A DNA stretch of 64,000 nucleotides from an uncultured Chloroflexia bacterium (GTDB taxonomy: Bacteria > Chloroflexota > Anaerolineae > CG2-30-64-16), in assembly GCA_963810095.1 (NCBI GenBank), contig CAWEMM010000009.1:384001-448000 (forward strand), given 5' to 3'. The stretch's first letter is position 1. Every line of letters starts with the position of its first letter. The notes beneath the pieces are model-generated. The model searched no databases and was not told where the DNA came from. It saw nothing but the letters and a program-made list of their open reading frames with translations. The translations under genes and the position numbers were made by a program. Of this stretch, positions 40,503 through 50,523 are shown in pieces.

Positions 40503-40820
40503 TTTGGCGGGGGCGCTCTTGCCCCCGCCGCCCCCGACCAGGGGCTGCGCCCCTTGGAACCCCAAAGGTAACGCTGTGGGTACTCGTTCGCCCGGCCAAG
40601 TCACTGTGCGGGGGATGAGGCAGGGGCGGCAGGAACCATGCGTGTATTTCACTGTCCTTGAGTAAGCAGTAGGCATGGCCGCGCCCGGCACTGCCAGGGG
40701 GCCAACAGTCGAGAGCCAGCCCGCCCGCCGGGAGCGTTGCCATTGGGGGTTTCGGGGGCATCGCCCCCGAAGCGGGAGCCGCGGCAGCCGGGCGGCGGGG
40801 GCCAGCCGGCCCTCGCCAAG
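40503..40820. repeat. ~320-bp MITE/REPIN-like element with ~30-bp imperfect terminal inverted repeats
   Basis: TTTGGCGGGGGCGCTCTTGCCCCCGCCGCCC at the left. The reverse complement of the right end is CTTGGCGAGGGCCGGCTGGCCCCCGCCGCCC. Internal GGGGCTGCGCCCC hairpin. Confidence 0.55.
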
Positions 40821-40930
40821 GAGCCTGACCTACCTTTGCGGCGCACGAACTGCGGCCAGGATCGCTGTCCTCCTTTCGCTCTTCCTGTTATCATTCCGCG
40901 AATGGATGGCTGAGTACAGGAGGGCAGACC

Positions 40931-42058
40931 ATGGCGTCTGGCAACCGGGATGGTGCAAACGGCGCGCTGCAGGCCAACGTGTCGGGGGTGCAGCGCAGCC
41001 GAGCGGAGACTTACGTTCTCATCACGCTGATCGCCCTGGCGTTCTCAGTGATCGCTACCCGCCTGTTTCTCCAGCTTACCGGCTATCCCCAACTGGGCAA
41101 CGGCACGCTGCACATCGCGCACGCGATTTGGGGCGGTCTCCTGCTCTACGCCGCCGCGCTGCTGCCGCTGGTCTTGTCCAACCGCTGGGCGCTGTATCTG
41201 AGTGCGGGGCTGAACGGGCTCGGGGCAGGGCTCTTCATCGACGAAGTCGGTAAGTTCATCACTCGCGACCTGAACTACTTCTATCCCCCCGCCGCACCCC
41301 TGGTCTATGCGTTCTTCCTGCTGAGCGTGCTCCTGTACCAGTACGTCCGGCGCATGAAGCGAGAGGCGCCTCGAACGCAGCTCTATCACGCGTTGGAGGA
41401 AATGCAGGAGGTTCTGGACGGCGACCTGGACCAGCGCGAGTACGAGCGGATCATGGGCTGGCTGCGCAGCGCACGACGCAGCGACTCGGAGAACCTCGCG
41501 CGACTCGCGGACACGCTCGAAGATTTCCTGCGGCACGACGGCACTCGGGTCCTGCCGGTCAAGCCTACGGTGTGGAGCCGGATGCAGGCGCGTGCAGAAA
41601 GCCTCGGGAAGCGGTTCAGCCCCCGCGCCCATTGGATCAGCGTACTGCTCGCGCTCGGCTCGTTGGCCGTCCTTGCGGCCGCGGGCGCGGCCCTCCTGCT
41701 CTGGTCCGCCTTCCAGCCCGGCCCATTCCGCCAGACGTTCGAGGCGGTCCTGATGGCGCGCGGGAATGTGCAGGACATGACCGATGTAGGCTGGCGGCTG
41801 TTTCGCATCGGGTTGGAAGGCGCAGTGGGCCTCATCGCGCTGGTCGCGTTCATTTATCTCCTATTAGGGCGGGTTGAGATGGGCACCCGGCTGGGCGTCT
41901 TCGCTTTCATCCTCTCGCTCACGACGGTCAACCTCCTGAACTTCTACCTGGACCAGTTTCGGGCCGTGATCACCGCGCTGGTGGAGTTTGCCGGCCTCCT
42001 CATCCTGCTCTCCTACCGGCAGTGGCGCCTCCGGCAATCCGCAGGCAAGGTGACGTGA
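40931..42058 (+). CDS. Conserved membrane protein
   Basis: Multiple TM helices, 'GYPQLG..LHIAH..WGG', 'GLFIDEVGKFIT..NYFY'. Confidence 0.8.
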   Translation: MASGNRDGANGALQANVSGVQRSRAETYVLITLIALAFSVIATRLFLQLTGYPQLGNGTLHIAHAIWGGLLLYAAALLPLVLSNRWALYLSAGLNGLGAGLFIDEVGKFITRDLNYFYPPAAPLVYAFFLLSVLLYQYVRRMKREAPRTQLYHALEEMQEVLDGDLDQREYERIMGWLRSARRSDSENLARLADTLEDFLRHDGTRVLPVKPTVWSRMQARAESLGKRFSPRAHWISVLLALGSLAVLAAAGAALLLWSAFQPGPFRQTFEAVLMARGNVQDMTDVGWRLFRIGLEGAVGLIALVAFIYLLLGRVEMGTRLGVFAFILSLTTVNLLNFYLDQFRAVITALVEFAGLLILLSYRQWRLRQSAGKVT

Positions 42059-42198
42059 ACAAAAAGGGCGCACGCGGGCGCCTCTGTGCAGACGCACGAT
42101 CGTCCTGGCACAATCGAGCAAAAGTCGCTAGGCGTGCTTGACAGATCGCGGTATGATGAACGCACCTTAAGGGCTGATCGGAGAGATAAGGCTAAATT

Positions 42199-42864
42199 AT
42201 GAGTCCACTCCTGCGCTCACACTTCGACCTGGAGCTGGTGCGGCTTAACGAGAGCGTTCTGGATATGGGGAGCCGCGCACGCCAGGCCGTGGCAGCCAGC
42301 GTCCGCGCGCTGCTGGACAACGATCTCGACCTGGCATCAGAGGTCGTCGCCGGCGACTTGACCATCGACGAGGCGCGGCGCCGCATCGAGAAGCAGTGTT
42401 ACGCACTCCTGGTCATGGAGCAGCCCGTCGCCGGCGACATGCGCAACATCGTGGCCGCGCTGACCGTCGCCGGCGAGCTCGAGCGCGTCGGCGATCACGG
42501 CAAGCGCATTGCGAAGCTGCAGCAGCGGCAGAGTATGCTGCCCGATTCGCTTCCCATGACCGGCGTGATGCAGATGTGCGAGCTCTCGCTTCGGCTGGTC
42601 GACCGGGCCCTTCAAGCATTCGCCGGCCGGGACGTCGAGAGCGCGCGAGAGATTTGCAAGGATGACGACGAGATCGACCACCTGTACAAGCAGACCTTCA
42701 ACGTCACGCTGAGCTACATGCTCGAAAACACCCGCGCGATCGGGCCGGGCACCTACTTGATCCAGGTGGCCCACGAGCTGGAACGCGTCGGCGATCGCGC
42801 CACCAACATCGCCGAGCGGACGATCTACGCTCAGACTGGCGAGTTGATGGAACTCAATCTCTAG
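42199..42864 (+). CDS. phoU: Phosphate signaling complex protein PhoU
   Basis: 'QPVAGDMR', 'ELERVGDH', 'ELERVGDRATNIAE'. Confidence 0.95.
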   Translation: MSPLLRSHFDLELVRLNESVLDMGSRARQAVAASVRALLDNDLDLASEVVAGDLTIDEARRRIEKQCYALLVMEQPVAGDMRNIVAALTVAGELERVGDHGKRIAKLQQRQSMLPDSLPMTGVMQMCELSLRLVDRALQAFAGRDVESAREICKDDDEIDHLYKQTFNVTLSYMLENTRAIGPGTYLIQVAHELERVGDRATNIAERTIYAQTGELMELNL

Positions 42865-42883
42865 CCACCCCCCGACATTGTCG

Positions 42884-43360
42884 ATGCGCTCGCTGGTCGT
42901 CTATGATTCCCAGTTCGGGAACACCGAACACGTCGCGCAGGTCATCGCGAAGGTGTTGGGTGACTACGGTCCCGCGCGCGCCGCGCACATTCACGAGACC
43001 TCGCTGACCCAACTGCGTGACATCGATCTGCTTGTCGTCGGGTCGCCCACCCAGGGCGGCCATGCGACCGCTGACATACGCGACTTCATCAAACGCCTCC
43101 CGCCCGATGCTCTCCGGCGCCCCAAGATCGCCTGCTTTGACACTCGTATGCGGGCGCCGCGCTGGCTCGGACGGTTTGCCGCACCGCAGCTTGCCCGGCA
43201 GTTCAGGCACCTCGATATTGCGCTCGTCGCGCCGCCCGAGGGCTTCATCGTGAAGGAGCGGGCAGGTCCGCTGGCGGATGGAGAGGCGGAGCGGGCCGCC
43301 GAGTGGGGACGCGCAATCGCCCGGGATATTGCACCGCAGGGTGCCCGGCCTCAGCCTTAG
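42884..43360 (+). CDS. Flavodoxin family protein
   Basis: 'VYDSQFGNTE', 'VVGSPTQ', 'CFDTR'. Confidence 0.88.
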   Translation: MRSLVVYDSQFGNTEHVAQVIAKVLGDYGPARAAHIHETSLTQLRDIDLLVVGSPTQGGHATADIRDFIKRLPPDALRRPKIACFDTRMRAPRWLGRFAAPQLARQFRHLDIALVAPPEGFIVKERAGPLADGEAERAAEWGRAIARDIAPQGARPQP

Positions 43361-43480
43361 TCGCCGCTGACCATCCTCGTATCCCCGCTCGAACAGGGAC
43401 TGCCGCCGGGCGACATGTTCTGAAGCACCACGCCTTGTTGTCCTCTATGCCCATGCCGGACCCATTAAGGCGCCCGCTTT

Positions 43481-43557
43481 GTTATCTCCTCTTAATTCCC
43501 ATGCTAAGACCTCTTAACAGTACGATAACTGTACCTTAAGCGCCTTGGCCGTATACT
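43481..43557 (+). promoter_or_regulatory. pstS promoter with Pho-box-like ~11-bp periodic (Y)TAA repeats and -10 TATACT
   Basis: TAA cores at 43493, 43505, 43515, 43526 and 43537. TATACT at 43552-43557. Confidence 0.6.
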
Positions 43558-43598
43558 CTTCTCTTGGTTCGTACATTCAAGAGGGGGGGAGTAGTTTC

Positions 43599-44501
43599 AT
43601 GCGGGGAAAAGCGATCGCCGGGGTGTTGGCAGTCTTGCTGCTGGCTGCCATCGCGACCGCCGGGTGTGTGGGCCGCAGTGCATCCGCGCAGGCAAGCGGT
43701 CAGGGCACGGGCGCGGCCGATGCGATCGAGAACAAGGGCTCGGACACCTTGGTGAATTTGGCGCTGGCGTGGGCCGAAGCGTACATGAAGGAACACCCTA
43801 ACGCACGCATCTCCGTTACGGGCGGCGGGTCGGGCACCGGCATCGCGGCTATGATCAACGGCACGGTCGATATTGCCAACGCGTCGCGGGAAATGAAAAA
43901 GGAAGAGATCGACGCGGCGAAGAAGAACGGGATCGACCCCGTCGAGCACACGGTCGCCAAGGACGCCATCGCCGTGGTCGTCCACCCCTCCAACCCCGTC
44001 GACGGGCTAACCCTGCAGCAGATTTCCGATATCTACACGGGCAAGATCACGAACTGGAAAGAGGTTGGTGGCGAAGACCGGCCCATCGTGCTTCTATCGC
44101 GTGAGTCCAACTCCGGAACCTACGTCTATTTCCTCGAAGAGGTGATCCGGTTGGGCAAGAAGAGCGACCTACTCTTCTCGCCCGACACCTTGCTTATGCC
44201 GTCGTCCGAAGGGATCAGCACGGAAGTGCGCCAGAACCCCAATGCCATCGGCTACGATGGTCTCGGCTACGTGACGAGCGATCAGAAGATGCTGGGCGTG
44301 GCGAAGGACGCGGGCTCACCGTACGTCTTGCCCGCCGTCGAAACCGTCAACAACGACACCTATCCGATCTCGCGCGGCCTGTATATGTACACAGCTGGCG
44401 AGCCGCAGGGCTCCGTCAAGGCCTATCTTGACTACATCCTGGGACCTGTTGGTCAGGCGCTCGTGCCAACGTTGGGTTTCGTGCCGTTGAATGGGAAATA
44501 G
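43599..44501 (+). CDS. pstS: Phosphate ABC transporter substrate-binding lipoprotein
   Basis: Lipobox 'TAGC', 'KGSDT', 'GGGSGTG', 'SRESNSGT', 'YPISR'. Confidence 0.95.
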   Translation: MRGKAIAGVLAVLLLAAIATAGCVGRSASAQASGQGTGAADAIENKGSDTLVNLALAWAEAYMKEHPNARISVTGGGSGTGIAAMINGTVDIANASREMKKEEIDAAKKNGIDPVEHTVAKDAIAVVVHPSNPVDGLTLQQISDIYTGKITNWKEVGGEDRPIVLLSRESNSGTYVYFLEEVIRLGKKSDLLFSPDTLLMPSSEGISTEVRQNPNAIGYDGLGYVTSDQKMLGVAKDAGSPYVLPAVETVNNDTYPISRGLYMYTAGEPQGSVKAYLDYILGPVGQALVPTLGFVPLNGK

Positions 44502-44595
44502 GACGGCGCTAACGCTGAGAAGGTGGATCGGCGCAGTCTCTCTGCCCTGATCCTGTGGCTCTGCGCTCGCAGATCAGCGGCGTCTGCCTCCCATT
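44490..44595. repeat. Degenerate family A-like palindrome between pstS and pstC
   Basis: AATGGGA...TCCCATT termini with internal CGCTGA/TCAGCG. Confidence 0.45.
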
Positions 44596-44616
44596 CTTCA
44601 ATCCGGAGGATTGATC

Positions 44617-45527
44617 TTGGCTGTTAATGCTGAAGCGCCGCGGGCGCGCCGGGGTGGTCCGAGTTCGCGCTCGAATCGCTGGTGCGGATTGCCGGGTTCT
44701 CCACGATTGGTTTCGTGGTGCTGATCTTCCTGTTCCTGCTGCGCGAGGGCGTGCCGTTCTTCATCAAGACGCCGCTCACCGGCTGGGTTTCGGAGAGTTG
44801 GTATCCGACGTTCGGCAAGTTCGGCGCCCTGCCGCTGATCCTCGGTTCGCTCCTGGTCACGTTCACCTCGATCCTGATCGCCCTGCCGCTCGGCGTAGCA
44901 ACCGCGGTTTTCGTGCGTGAGGTGGCGCCGGGATGGGCCCGCGACGTCCTGAAGCCGCTCATCGAGGTGCTTGCGGGGATTCCCTCGGTCGTGTTGGGCT
45001 TCTTCGGCATGACGCTCCTGGCGCCCACCGTGCGCGACGTGCTCGGCGCGCCGACGGGTCTGACGGCCTTTACCGGCGCGCTCATCCTGGCCTACATGGC
45101 GCTACCGACCATCATTTCGGTCGCCGAGGATGCGCTGGACGCCGTGCCCAAGAGCTATCGGGATGCCAGCCTGGCGATGGGCGCCACGCAATGGCAGACC
45201 ATTTGGCGTGTGGTGGTGCCTGCAGCGAAGTCGGGCATCCTCACCGCGGTCATGCTGGGCATGGGCCGGGCGATCGGCGAGACGATGGCCGTGATGATGG
45301 TGACCGGCAACGCGGCCCGCATGCCCATCACCCTCGACTCGCTGGTGCGCCCCGTGCGCACCATGACTGCGACCATTGCCGCGGAGATGGGCGAGGTGGC
45401 CCAGGGCAGCACGCACTACCAGGCGCTCTTCGGCATCGGCATCCTCCTGTTTGTCGTGACGTTCCTGATTAACCTGGCCGCGGCATCCGCCATATTCCAG
45501 AAGCGGCGGCGGGGAGGGTTGCGCTGA
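44617..45527 (+). CDS. pstC: Phosphate ABC transporter permease (frameshift near start)
   Basis: 'EVLAGIPSVVLG', 'GRAIGETMAV', 'TATIAAEMGE'. Confidence 0.92.
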
Positions 45528-46414
45528 TGTTAGGCGCCGAACGCATTCAACCCGCGAACGCAGGCTCGGCCCGGCGTTACCTGGTCCAGCGGCTCGGGTT
45601 CGCGCTGCTCGTGGTGGCGACGTTGGCTGTGGTGATTCCGATCCTGTTCGTCATCATCACGATTGTCGTGCGCGGTCTGCCCGCGATCTCGCTAGAGTTC
45701 ATCTTCGGCGCGCCGAAGGAGGGCATGAAGGCGGGCGGGATCTGGCCCGCCATCGTCGGCACCCTGCTGCTGACCTTGGGAACGGCAGTGGTCGCGATCC
45801 CACTCGGCGTCGGGGGCGGAATTTACCTGTCGGAGTATGCGGGCGACACGGCGTTCACCCGGGCGATCCGGTTGTCGATCGTCAACCTGGCCGGCATCCC
45901 GTCCGTCGTCTACGGATTGTTTGGCCTGGGCTTGTTCGTCCTGTTCCTTAATTTCGGCACCTCCATCATCGCGGGCGCGCTGACGCTGTCGATTATGACC
46001 CTGCCGGTCATCATCAGCACGGCCGAAGAGGCGCTGCGTGCCGTGCCGGTGGAGTTCCGCACGGTGAGCGCATCGCTGGGCGGCACGCGCTGGCAGGGCG
46101 TTCGCAACATCGTGCTGCCACAAGCGCTGCCCGGCATCATCACCGGGGCCATCTTGGGGCTGCTGCGTGCGGTGGGAGAGACTGCAGCGATCCTGTTCAC
46201 CGCGGTCGCATTCTACTTGCCTAGCTTGCCCCATTCGCCTTTTGACCAGACGATGGCGCTGCCCTATCACCTGTACGTCATCAGTACCCAGATCCCCGGC
46301 ATGCCGCAGGACATCCAGTACGGCACGGCGCTCGTGCTGCTAGTGTTCGTGCTGTCGCTGAACCTGATTGCATCCCTGATCCGCGGCTACTATCGCCGCA
46401 AGCGGCAATGGTAA
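45527..46414 (+). CDS. pstA: Phosphate ABC transporter permease
   Basis: 'NLAGIPSVVYGLFG', 'RAVGETA'. Confidence 0.94.
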   Translation: MLGAERIQPANAGSARRYLVQRLGFALLVVATLAVVIPILFVIITIVVRGLPAISLEFIFGAPKEGMKAGGIWPAIVGTLLLTLGTAVVAIPLGVGGGIYLSEYAGDTAFTRAIRLSIVNLAGIPSVVYGLFGLGLFVLFLNFGTSIIAGALTLSIMTLPVIISTAEEALRAVPVEFRTVSASLGGTRWQGVRNIVLPQALPGIITGAILGLLRAVGETAAILFTAVAFYLPSLPHSPFDQTMALPYHLYVISTQIPGMPQDIQYGTALVLLVFVLSLNLIASLIRGYYRRKRQW

Positions 46415-46426
46415 GGCCCGGTTCCC

Positions 46427-47194
46427 ATGAACGCTGACACCCCCACCAAGATTCAGTTCGACCATCTCTCGTACTGGTACGAGCAGCAGCAGGTGCTGAA
46501 GGACATCTCGCTCGCGGTGCCCGAGCACTCCGTGACCGTATTTCTCGGCCCCGCCGGCAGCGGCAAGTCGACACTCCTGCGGCTGATCAACCGCTTGAAC
46601 GACCTGCTCGATAGCACCCGTATGGAGGGGAAGGTCCTGCTCGACGGCGAGGACGTTTACGGGCGTGGCGTCTCGGTCACGCAGCTGCGCCGGCGGGTGG
46701 GCATGGTCTTCGCCCTGCCGCTCCCGATTCCGGGCACGATCCGCGAAAACATCCTTTACGGCCCCAAGCTTGCCGGTATGCGCGATCGCGCGTACCTGGA
46801 AGAACTGGTGGTGCGGACCTTGCAACAGGCGGCCTTGTGGGACGAGGTCAAGGACCGGCTGGATCAGCCCTCAACGTCGCTCTCGGGCGGGCAGCAGCAG
46901 CGCTTGTGCATCGCGCGCAGCCTCGCGCTCGAACCCGAGGTGCTGCTCCTGGATGAGCCGACCTCCGGATTGGACCCGATTTCGACCGGCAAGGTTGAAG
47001 AGTCGCTGCTGGAGCTGAAGAAGCAGTACACGATCATCATCGCGCCGCACAGCGTGCAGCAGGCGGCCCGGGTGGCCGACCACGCGGCCTTCTTCCTGCT
47101 GGGCGAGCTGATCGAGTACCGCGAAGGCGGCGAGTTGTTCACCTCGCCCAAGGATAAGCGCACCGAGGACTACATCACGGGTCGCTTCGGTTGA
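46427..47194 (+). CDS. pstB: Phosphate ABC transporter ATP-binding protein (copy 1)
   Basis: 'GPAGSGKS', 'LSGGQQQRL', 'DYITGRFG'. Confidence 0.9.
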   Translation: MNADTPTKIQFDHLSYWYEQQQVLKDISLAVPEHSVTVFLGPAGSGKSTLLRLINRLNDLLDSTRMEGKVLLDGEDVYGRGVSVTQLRRRVGMVFALPLPIPGTIRENILYGPKLAGMRDRAYLEELVVRTLQQAALWDEVKDRLDQPSTSLSGGQQQRLCIARSLALEPEVLLLDEPTSGLDPISTGKVEESLLELKKQYTIIIAPHSVQQAARVADHAAFFLLGELIEYREGGELFTSPKDKRTEDYITGRFG

Positions 47195-47208
47195 TCAACG
47201 AACTCCTT

Positions 47209-47290
47209 GCACCACAAAGGCACGAAGGCACGGAGCTTCGCAAAGCCCTTGATCTTTCGTAAGCCTTTGTGTCTCAGTGTCTTTGTGGTT
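47209..47290. repeat. Family B periodic palindrome
   Basis: ACCACAAAGG CACGAAGG CACGGAG ... CTTTGTG TCTCAGTG TCTTTGTGGT. Confidence 0.75.
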
Positions 47291-47306
47291 AATCCACGGG
47301 TGGGTC

Positions 47307-48077
47307 ATGGCGGAAATTGACGTCGAACATCTGGAATTCTACTATGGCGCGAAGAAGGCGCTGACGGATGTCAACCTGGCGGTGCCCGCGCGGCAGATCA
47401 CCGCGCTCATCGGGCCCTCAGGCTGCGGCAAGTCCACCTTCCTGCGCTGCCTGAACCGCATGAATGACACGATCAAGGGGACGCGGGTCGAGGGCTGCGT
47501 GCGGCTCAGCGGGCAGGACATTTACGCGGCCGGAATGGACGTGGTCGACCTGCGCCGCCGAGTTGGGATGGTGTTCCAACGGCCCAACCCGTTCCCCCAG
47601 TCCGTCTTTGACAACGTCGCATTCGGCCCCCGCGTGCTGGGCTTGACGCGCGAGCGGGACATCCCGCGGATCGTCGAGGAGAGCCTGCGCGGTGCCGACC
47701 TGTGGGACGAGGTCAAGGATGGCCTGAAGAAGGATGCCCTCAGCTTCTCGCTCGGCCAGCAGCAGCGCCTGTGCATCGCACGCGTGATTGCGGTCAAGCC
47801 CGAGGTGATCCTGATGGATGAGCCGGCCTCTGCGCTCGACCCCATCAGCACGCTGCGCATCGAAGACCTCATGCGCCGCCTGTGCGCGGATTACACCATC
47901 GTGATCGTGACCCACAACATGCAGCAGGCCGCCCGGGCCTCCGATTTTACGGCCATGATGATGCTGACCGATGACAAGAAGTCGGGTACGGTGATCGAGG
48001 CTGGGCCCACGGCTGAGATGTTTGTTAAGCCAAAGGACCCCCGCACGGAAGGGTACGTCACGGGCCGCTACGGGTAA
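47307..48077 (+). CDS. pstB: Phosphate ABC transporter ATP-binding protein (copy 2)
   Basis: 'GPSGCGKST', 'FQRPNPFP', 'DEPASALDP', 'YVTGRYG'. Confidence 0.92.
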   Translation: MAEIDVEHLEFYYGAKKALTDVNLAVPARQITALIGPSGCGKSTFLRCLNRMNDTIKGTRVEGCVRLSGQDIYAAGMDVVDLRRRVGMVFQRPNPFPQSVFDNVAFGPRVLGLTRERDIPRIVEESLRGADLWDEVKDGLKKDALSFSLGQQQRLCIARVIAVKPEVILMDEPASALDPISTLRIEDLMRRLCADYTIVIVTHNMQQAARASDFTAMMMLTDDKKSGTVIEAGPTAEMFVKPKDPRTEGYVTGRYG

Positions 48078-48099
48078 GCGCGCGGCTTAAGTCGGATCG

Positions 48100-48133
48100 A
48101 GAAACCGGGTTCTTCCAGAAGCCCGGTTTTTTT
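48100..48133 (+). terminator. Intrinsic terminator of the pst operon (AAACCGGGT-type palindrome)
   Basis: AAACCGGGTTCT-TCC-AGAAGCCCGGTTTTTTT. Confidence 0.75.
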
Positions 48134-48224
48134 GATGTCGGACGACTCTCCCCAAATCTGCATAATCTGCGAAATGTCGTTATAATCGCGGGGCATCTCT
48201 CAACGGAAGCGGGATTCTCACTCA

Positions 48225-49961
48225 ATGAAGGCCATCAAACGGCTCTTGATTTATCTACGCCCCTACTGGCGCGGGCTTGCAGTCACCACGGTCCTCATCC
48301 TTGCCACGACGATCCTGGGGCTCTTGCCGCCCCTCTTCAGCCGCTCAATCATCGACAATGTCATCGGCCAGAAGCAGCTGCAGCTGCTCCTGCCGCTGCT
48401 AGGCGGGCTGGTGGTCGTTTACGCGCTCGTCGCGGTCACCGATTTCGGCGACCAGTACATGCGGCACACCATCGGCGAGAAGATCCTGTATGACCTGCGC
48501 GTGGGTCTGTACGATCACCTGCAGCGCCTGTCGTTGTCGTTCTACGAACGCACTTCGACCGGCGAACTCATGTCGCGCGTCTCGAACGACGTCAACGCAC
48601 TCGAACAGTTCATGACCCACGGCACCATTCTGGCCGGCGTCGCGGTCGTCCGGCTGGTGGGCGCCACGATCCTCCTGTTGTTCCTCGATTGGCGGCTGGC
48701 GTTGATTGCCCTGCTGCCGGTGCCCATTATTGCAGGCGGCTTGCGTTGGTTCAACAGGAAGACGCGGCCGATATACCGGCGGGTGCGCGACCGGCTGGGC
48801 GATGTGAATACACGCCTCCAGGACGACCTCGCGGGCATCCGCGTCATCCAGGCGTTCGGGCAGGAAGGCTCGGAACTGGAGCGGTTCCAGGTGGCCAGCG
48901 CGGCCTACATGAAGGAGCGGATCGCGTCGATCCGGATGTGGTCCACGGTCTTTCCGGGGCTGGGCTTCTTTGTCGATCTTGGCGGCGTGCTCGTGCTGGG
49001 CGTCGGCGCCTACATGGCCGTCCTGGGGCAGATCACGGTGGGCACCCTCGTCGCATTCATGGCCTACATGGTCTCGTTCTACGAGCCCATCCGGCGCCTG
49101 ACCGACATCGACAATATCATCCAGCAGGCGGTCGCGGCCGCCGACCGCATTTTCGAGCTGCTTGACGTAACGCCCGACATCAAGGATGAACCGGGCGCGG
49201 TCGCCGTGCCCGAGGTTCGCGGCGAGCTGCTTTTCGAGGACGTACACTTCCGCTATGGCGATGGCGAAGAGGTCTTGCACGATGTGGATTTCGCGGTCAA
49301 GGCCGGCGAGGTGGTCGCGCTCGTGGGTCCGAGCGGCGCGGGGAAGACGAGTATCGCCAACCTGTTGTGCCGCTTCTACGATCCGACCCACGGGCGCATT
49401 CTCCTCGACGGGCATGACCTGCGCGAGCTGCAGGTTGCCTCACTGCGCAGCCACGTCGCCGTCGTCCTCCAGGACACATTTCTGTTCAACGGTACGGTCA
49501 GGCGTAACCTGCTGTACGGAAAGCCTGACGCGTCGCCCGAGGAGCTCGAGGCTGCTGCCAAAGCGGCGTACGCCCATGATTTCATTATGGGCATGGCCGA
49601 CGGCTATGACACGGAGATCGGCGAGCGGGGGGTCAAGCTGAGCGGGGGCCAGCGCCAGCGCCTGGCCCTGGCCCGGGCCATTCTGGCCGACCCGCGCATT
49701 CTGATCCTGGATGAAGCCACGTCGTCTGTCGACGCAGAGGCGGAGTACCTGATTCAGCAGGCGTTGGAAGAGGTGCTGAAGGGCCGCACGGCGCTGGTCA
49801 TCGCGCACCGGCTCAGCACCATCCGCAATGCCAATAAGATCATCGCGCTGGAAAACGGGCGCATACGCGAGATTGGCCGGCATGGTGAACTGCTTGCCGC
49901 CAACGGGCTGTACAGCCAGCTCTACCAGCGACAGCTGGAACTGGCCGCGGAGCGGAGCTGA
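48225..49961 (+). CDS. ABC exporter, fused permease/ATP-binding (MsbA-like)
   Basis: TM domain plus 'GPSGAGKT', 'LSGGQRQR', 'LDEATS'. Confidence 0.93.
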   Translation: MKAIKRLLIYLRPYWRGLAVTTVLILATTILGLLPPLFSRSIIDNVIGQKQLQLLLPLLGGLVVVYALVAVTDFGDQYMRHTIGEKILYDLRVGLYDHLQRLSLSFYERTSTGELMSRVSNDVNALEQFMTHGTILAGVAVVRLVGATILLLFLDWRLALIALLPVPIIAGGLRWFNRKTRPIYRRVRDRLGDVNTRLQDDLAGIRVIQAFGQEGSELERFQVASAAYMKERIASIRMWSTVFPGLGFFVDLGGVLVLGVGAYMAVLGQITVGTLVAFMAYMVSFYEPIRRLTDIDNIIQQAVAAADRIFELLDVTPDIKDEPGAVAVPEVRGELLFEDVHFRYGDGEEVLHDVDFAVKAGEVVALVGPSGAGKTSIANLLCRFYDPTHGRILLDGHDLRELQVASLRSHVAVVLQDTFLFNGTVRRNLLYGKPDASPEELEAAAKAAYAHDFIMGMADGYDTEIGERGVKLSGGQRQRLALARAILADPRILILDEATSSVDAEAEYLIQQALEEVLKGRTALVIAHRLSTIRNANKIIALENGRIREIGRHGELLAANGLYSQLYQRQLELAAERS

Positions 49962-50093
49962 ATCAACCCCGGGGGTGTGCGGATCGTGTGGGACGAATTG
50001 CAGTGAAGGGCGGGTTGGAATATCATTCTCACCGGGCCAACGGCTGCTTCCTGCAGCCGCGGCCCGTGGTCTTTGCGCATTCGGGGGGCGGCG

Positions 50094-50270
50094 TTACTTC
50101 CGCTGGCCCCGGTTGAGCGTGCGGGCGATTTCGCTGGGCAAGGCATTGCGCCTGCCAAACACGTCGCGCTGCACTATACTTTCGCCGTAAAGCTTACGGA
50201 GCTCCTCCAACAGCGCCTCTGTCGGCGTTGTGGCTGGAGCACCGCGGTCGGGCTTGCGATACTTAGCCAA
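50094..50270 (-). CDS. Small hypothetical protein (58 aa)
   Basis: TTG start after GGAG. MAKYRKPD...LLEELRKLYG. Confidence 0.45.
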   Translation of the reverse strand: MAKYRKPDRGAPATTPTEALLEELRKLYGESIVQRDVFGRRNALPSEIARTLNRGQRK

Positions 50271-50523
50271 GGAACACTCCAGTGGCCGGTTGACGCCGGC
50301 CGTTTTCACAGTCTCGGCTGCCTCGCACCGGCGCGGCAGCGACCGCGCTTGTGGTGCTTTACACCTATTGTAACGTCGGCAGCTTAACCTTTTGTTTCAT
50401 TCGTGTATGTATTGCGTTAATTTACCGTAAAACTCCCTGAACGCAAGTCGTGCTTGCGCCGCCGGTCGTCGCGGTGCTGGGTTTCGCCCTACTCGTCGAC
50501 CTACCTGAGAGGACTCTTCCGCC

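Noticed and set aside
46427-48077. Two pstB genes as a novelty
   Set aside because: Tandem pstB paralogs are common, e.g. Bacillus pstBA/pstBB.
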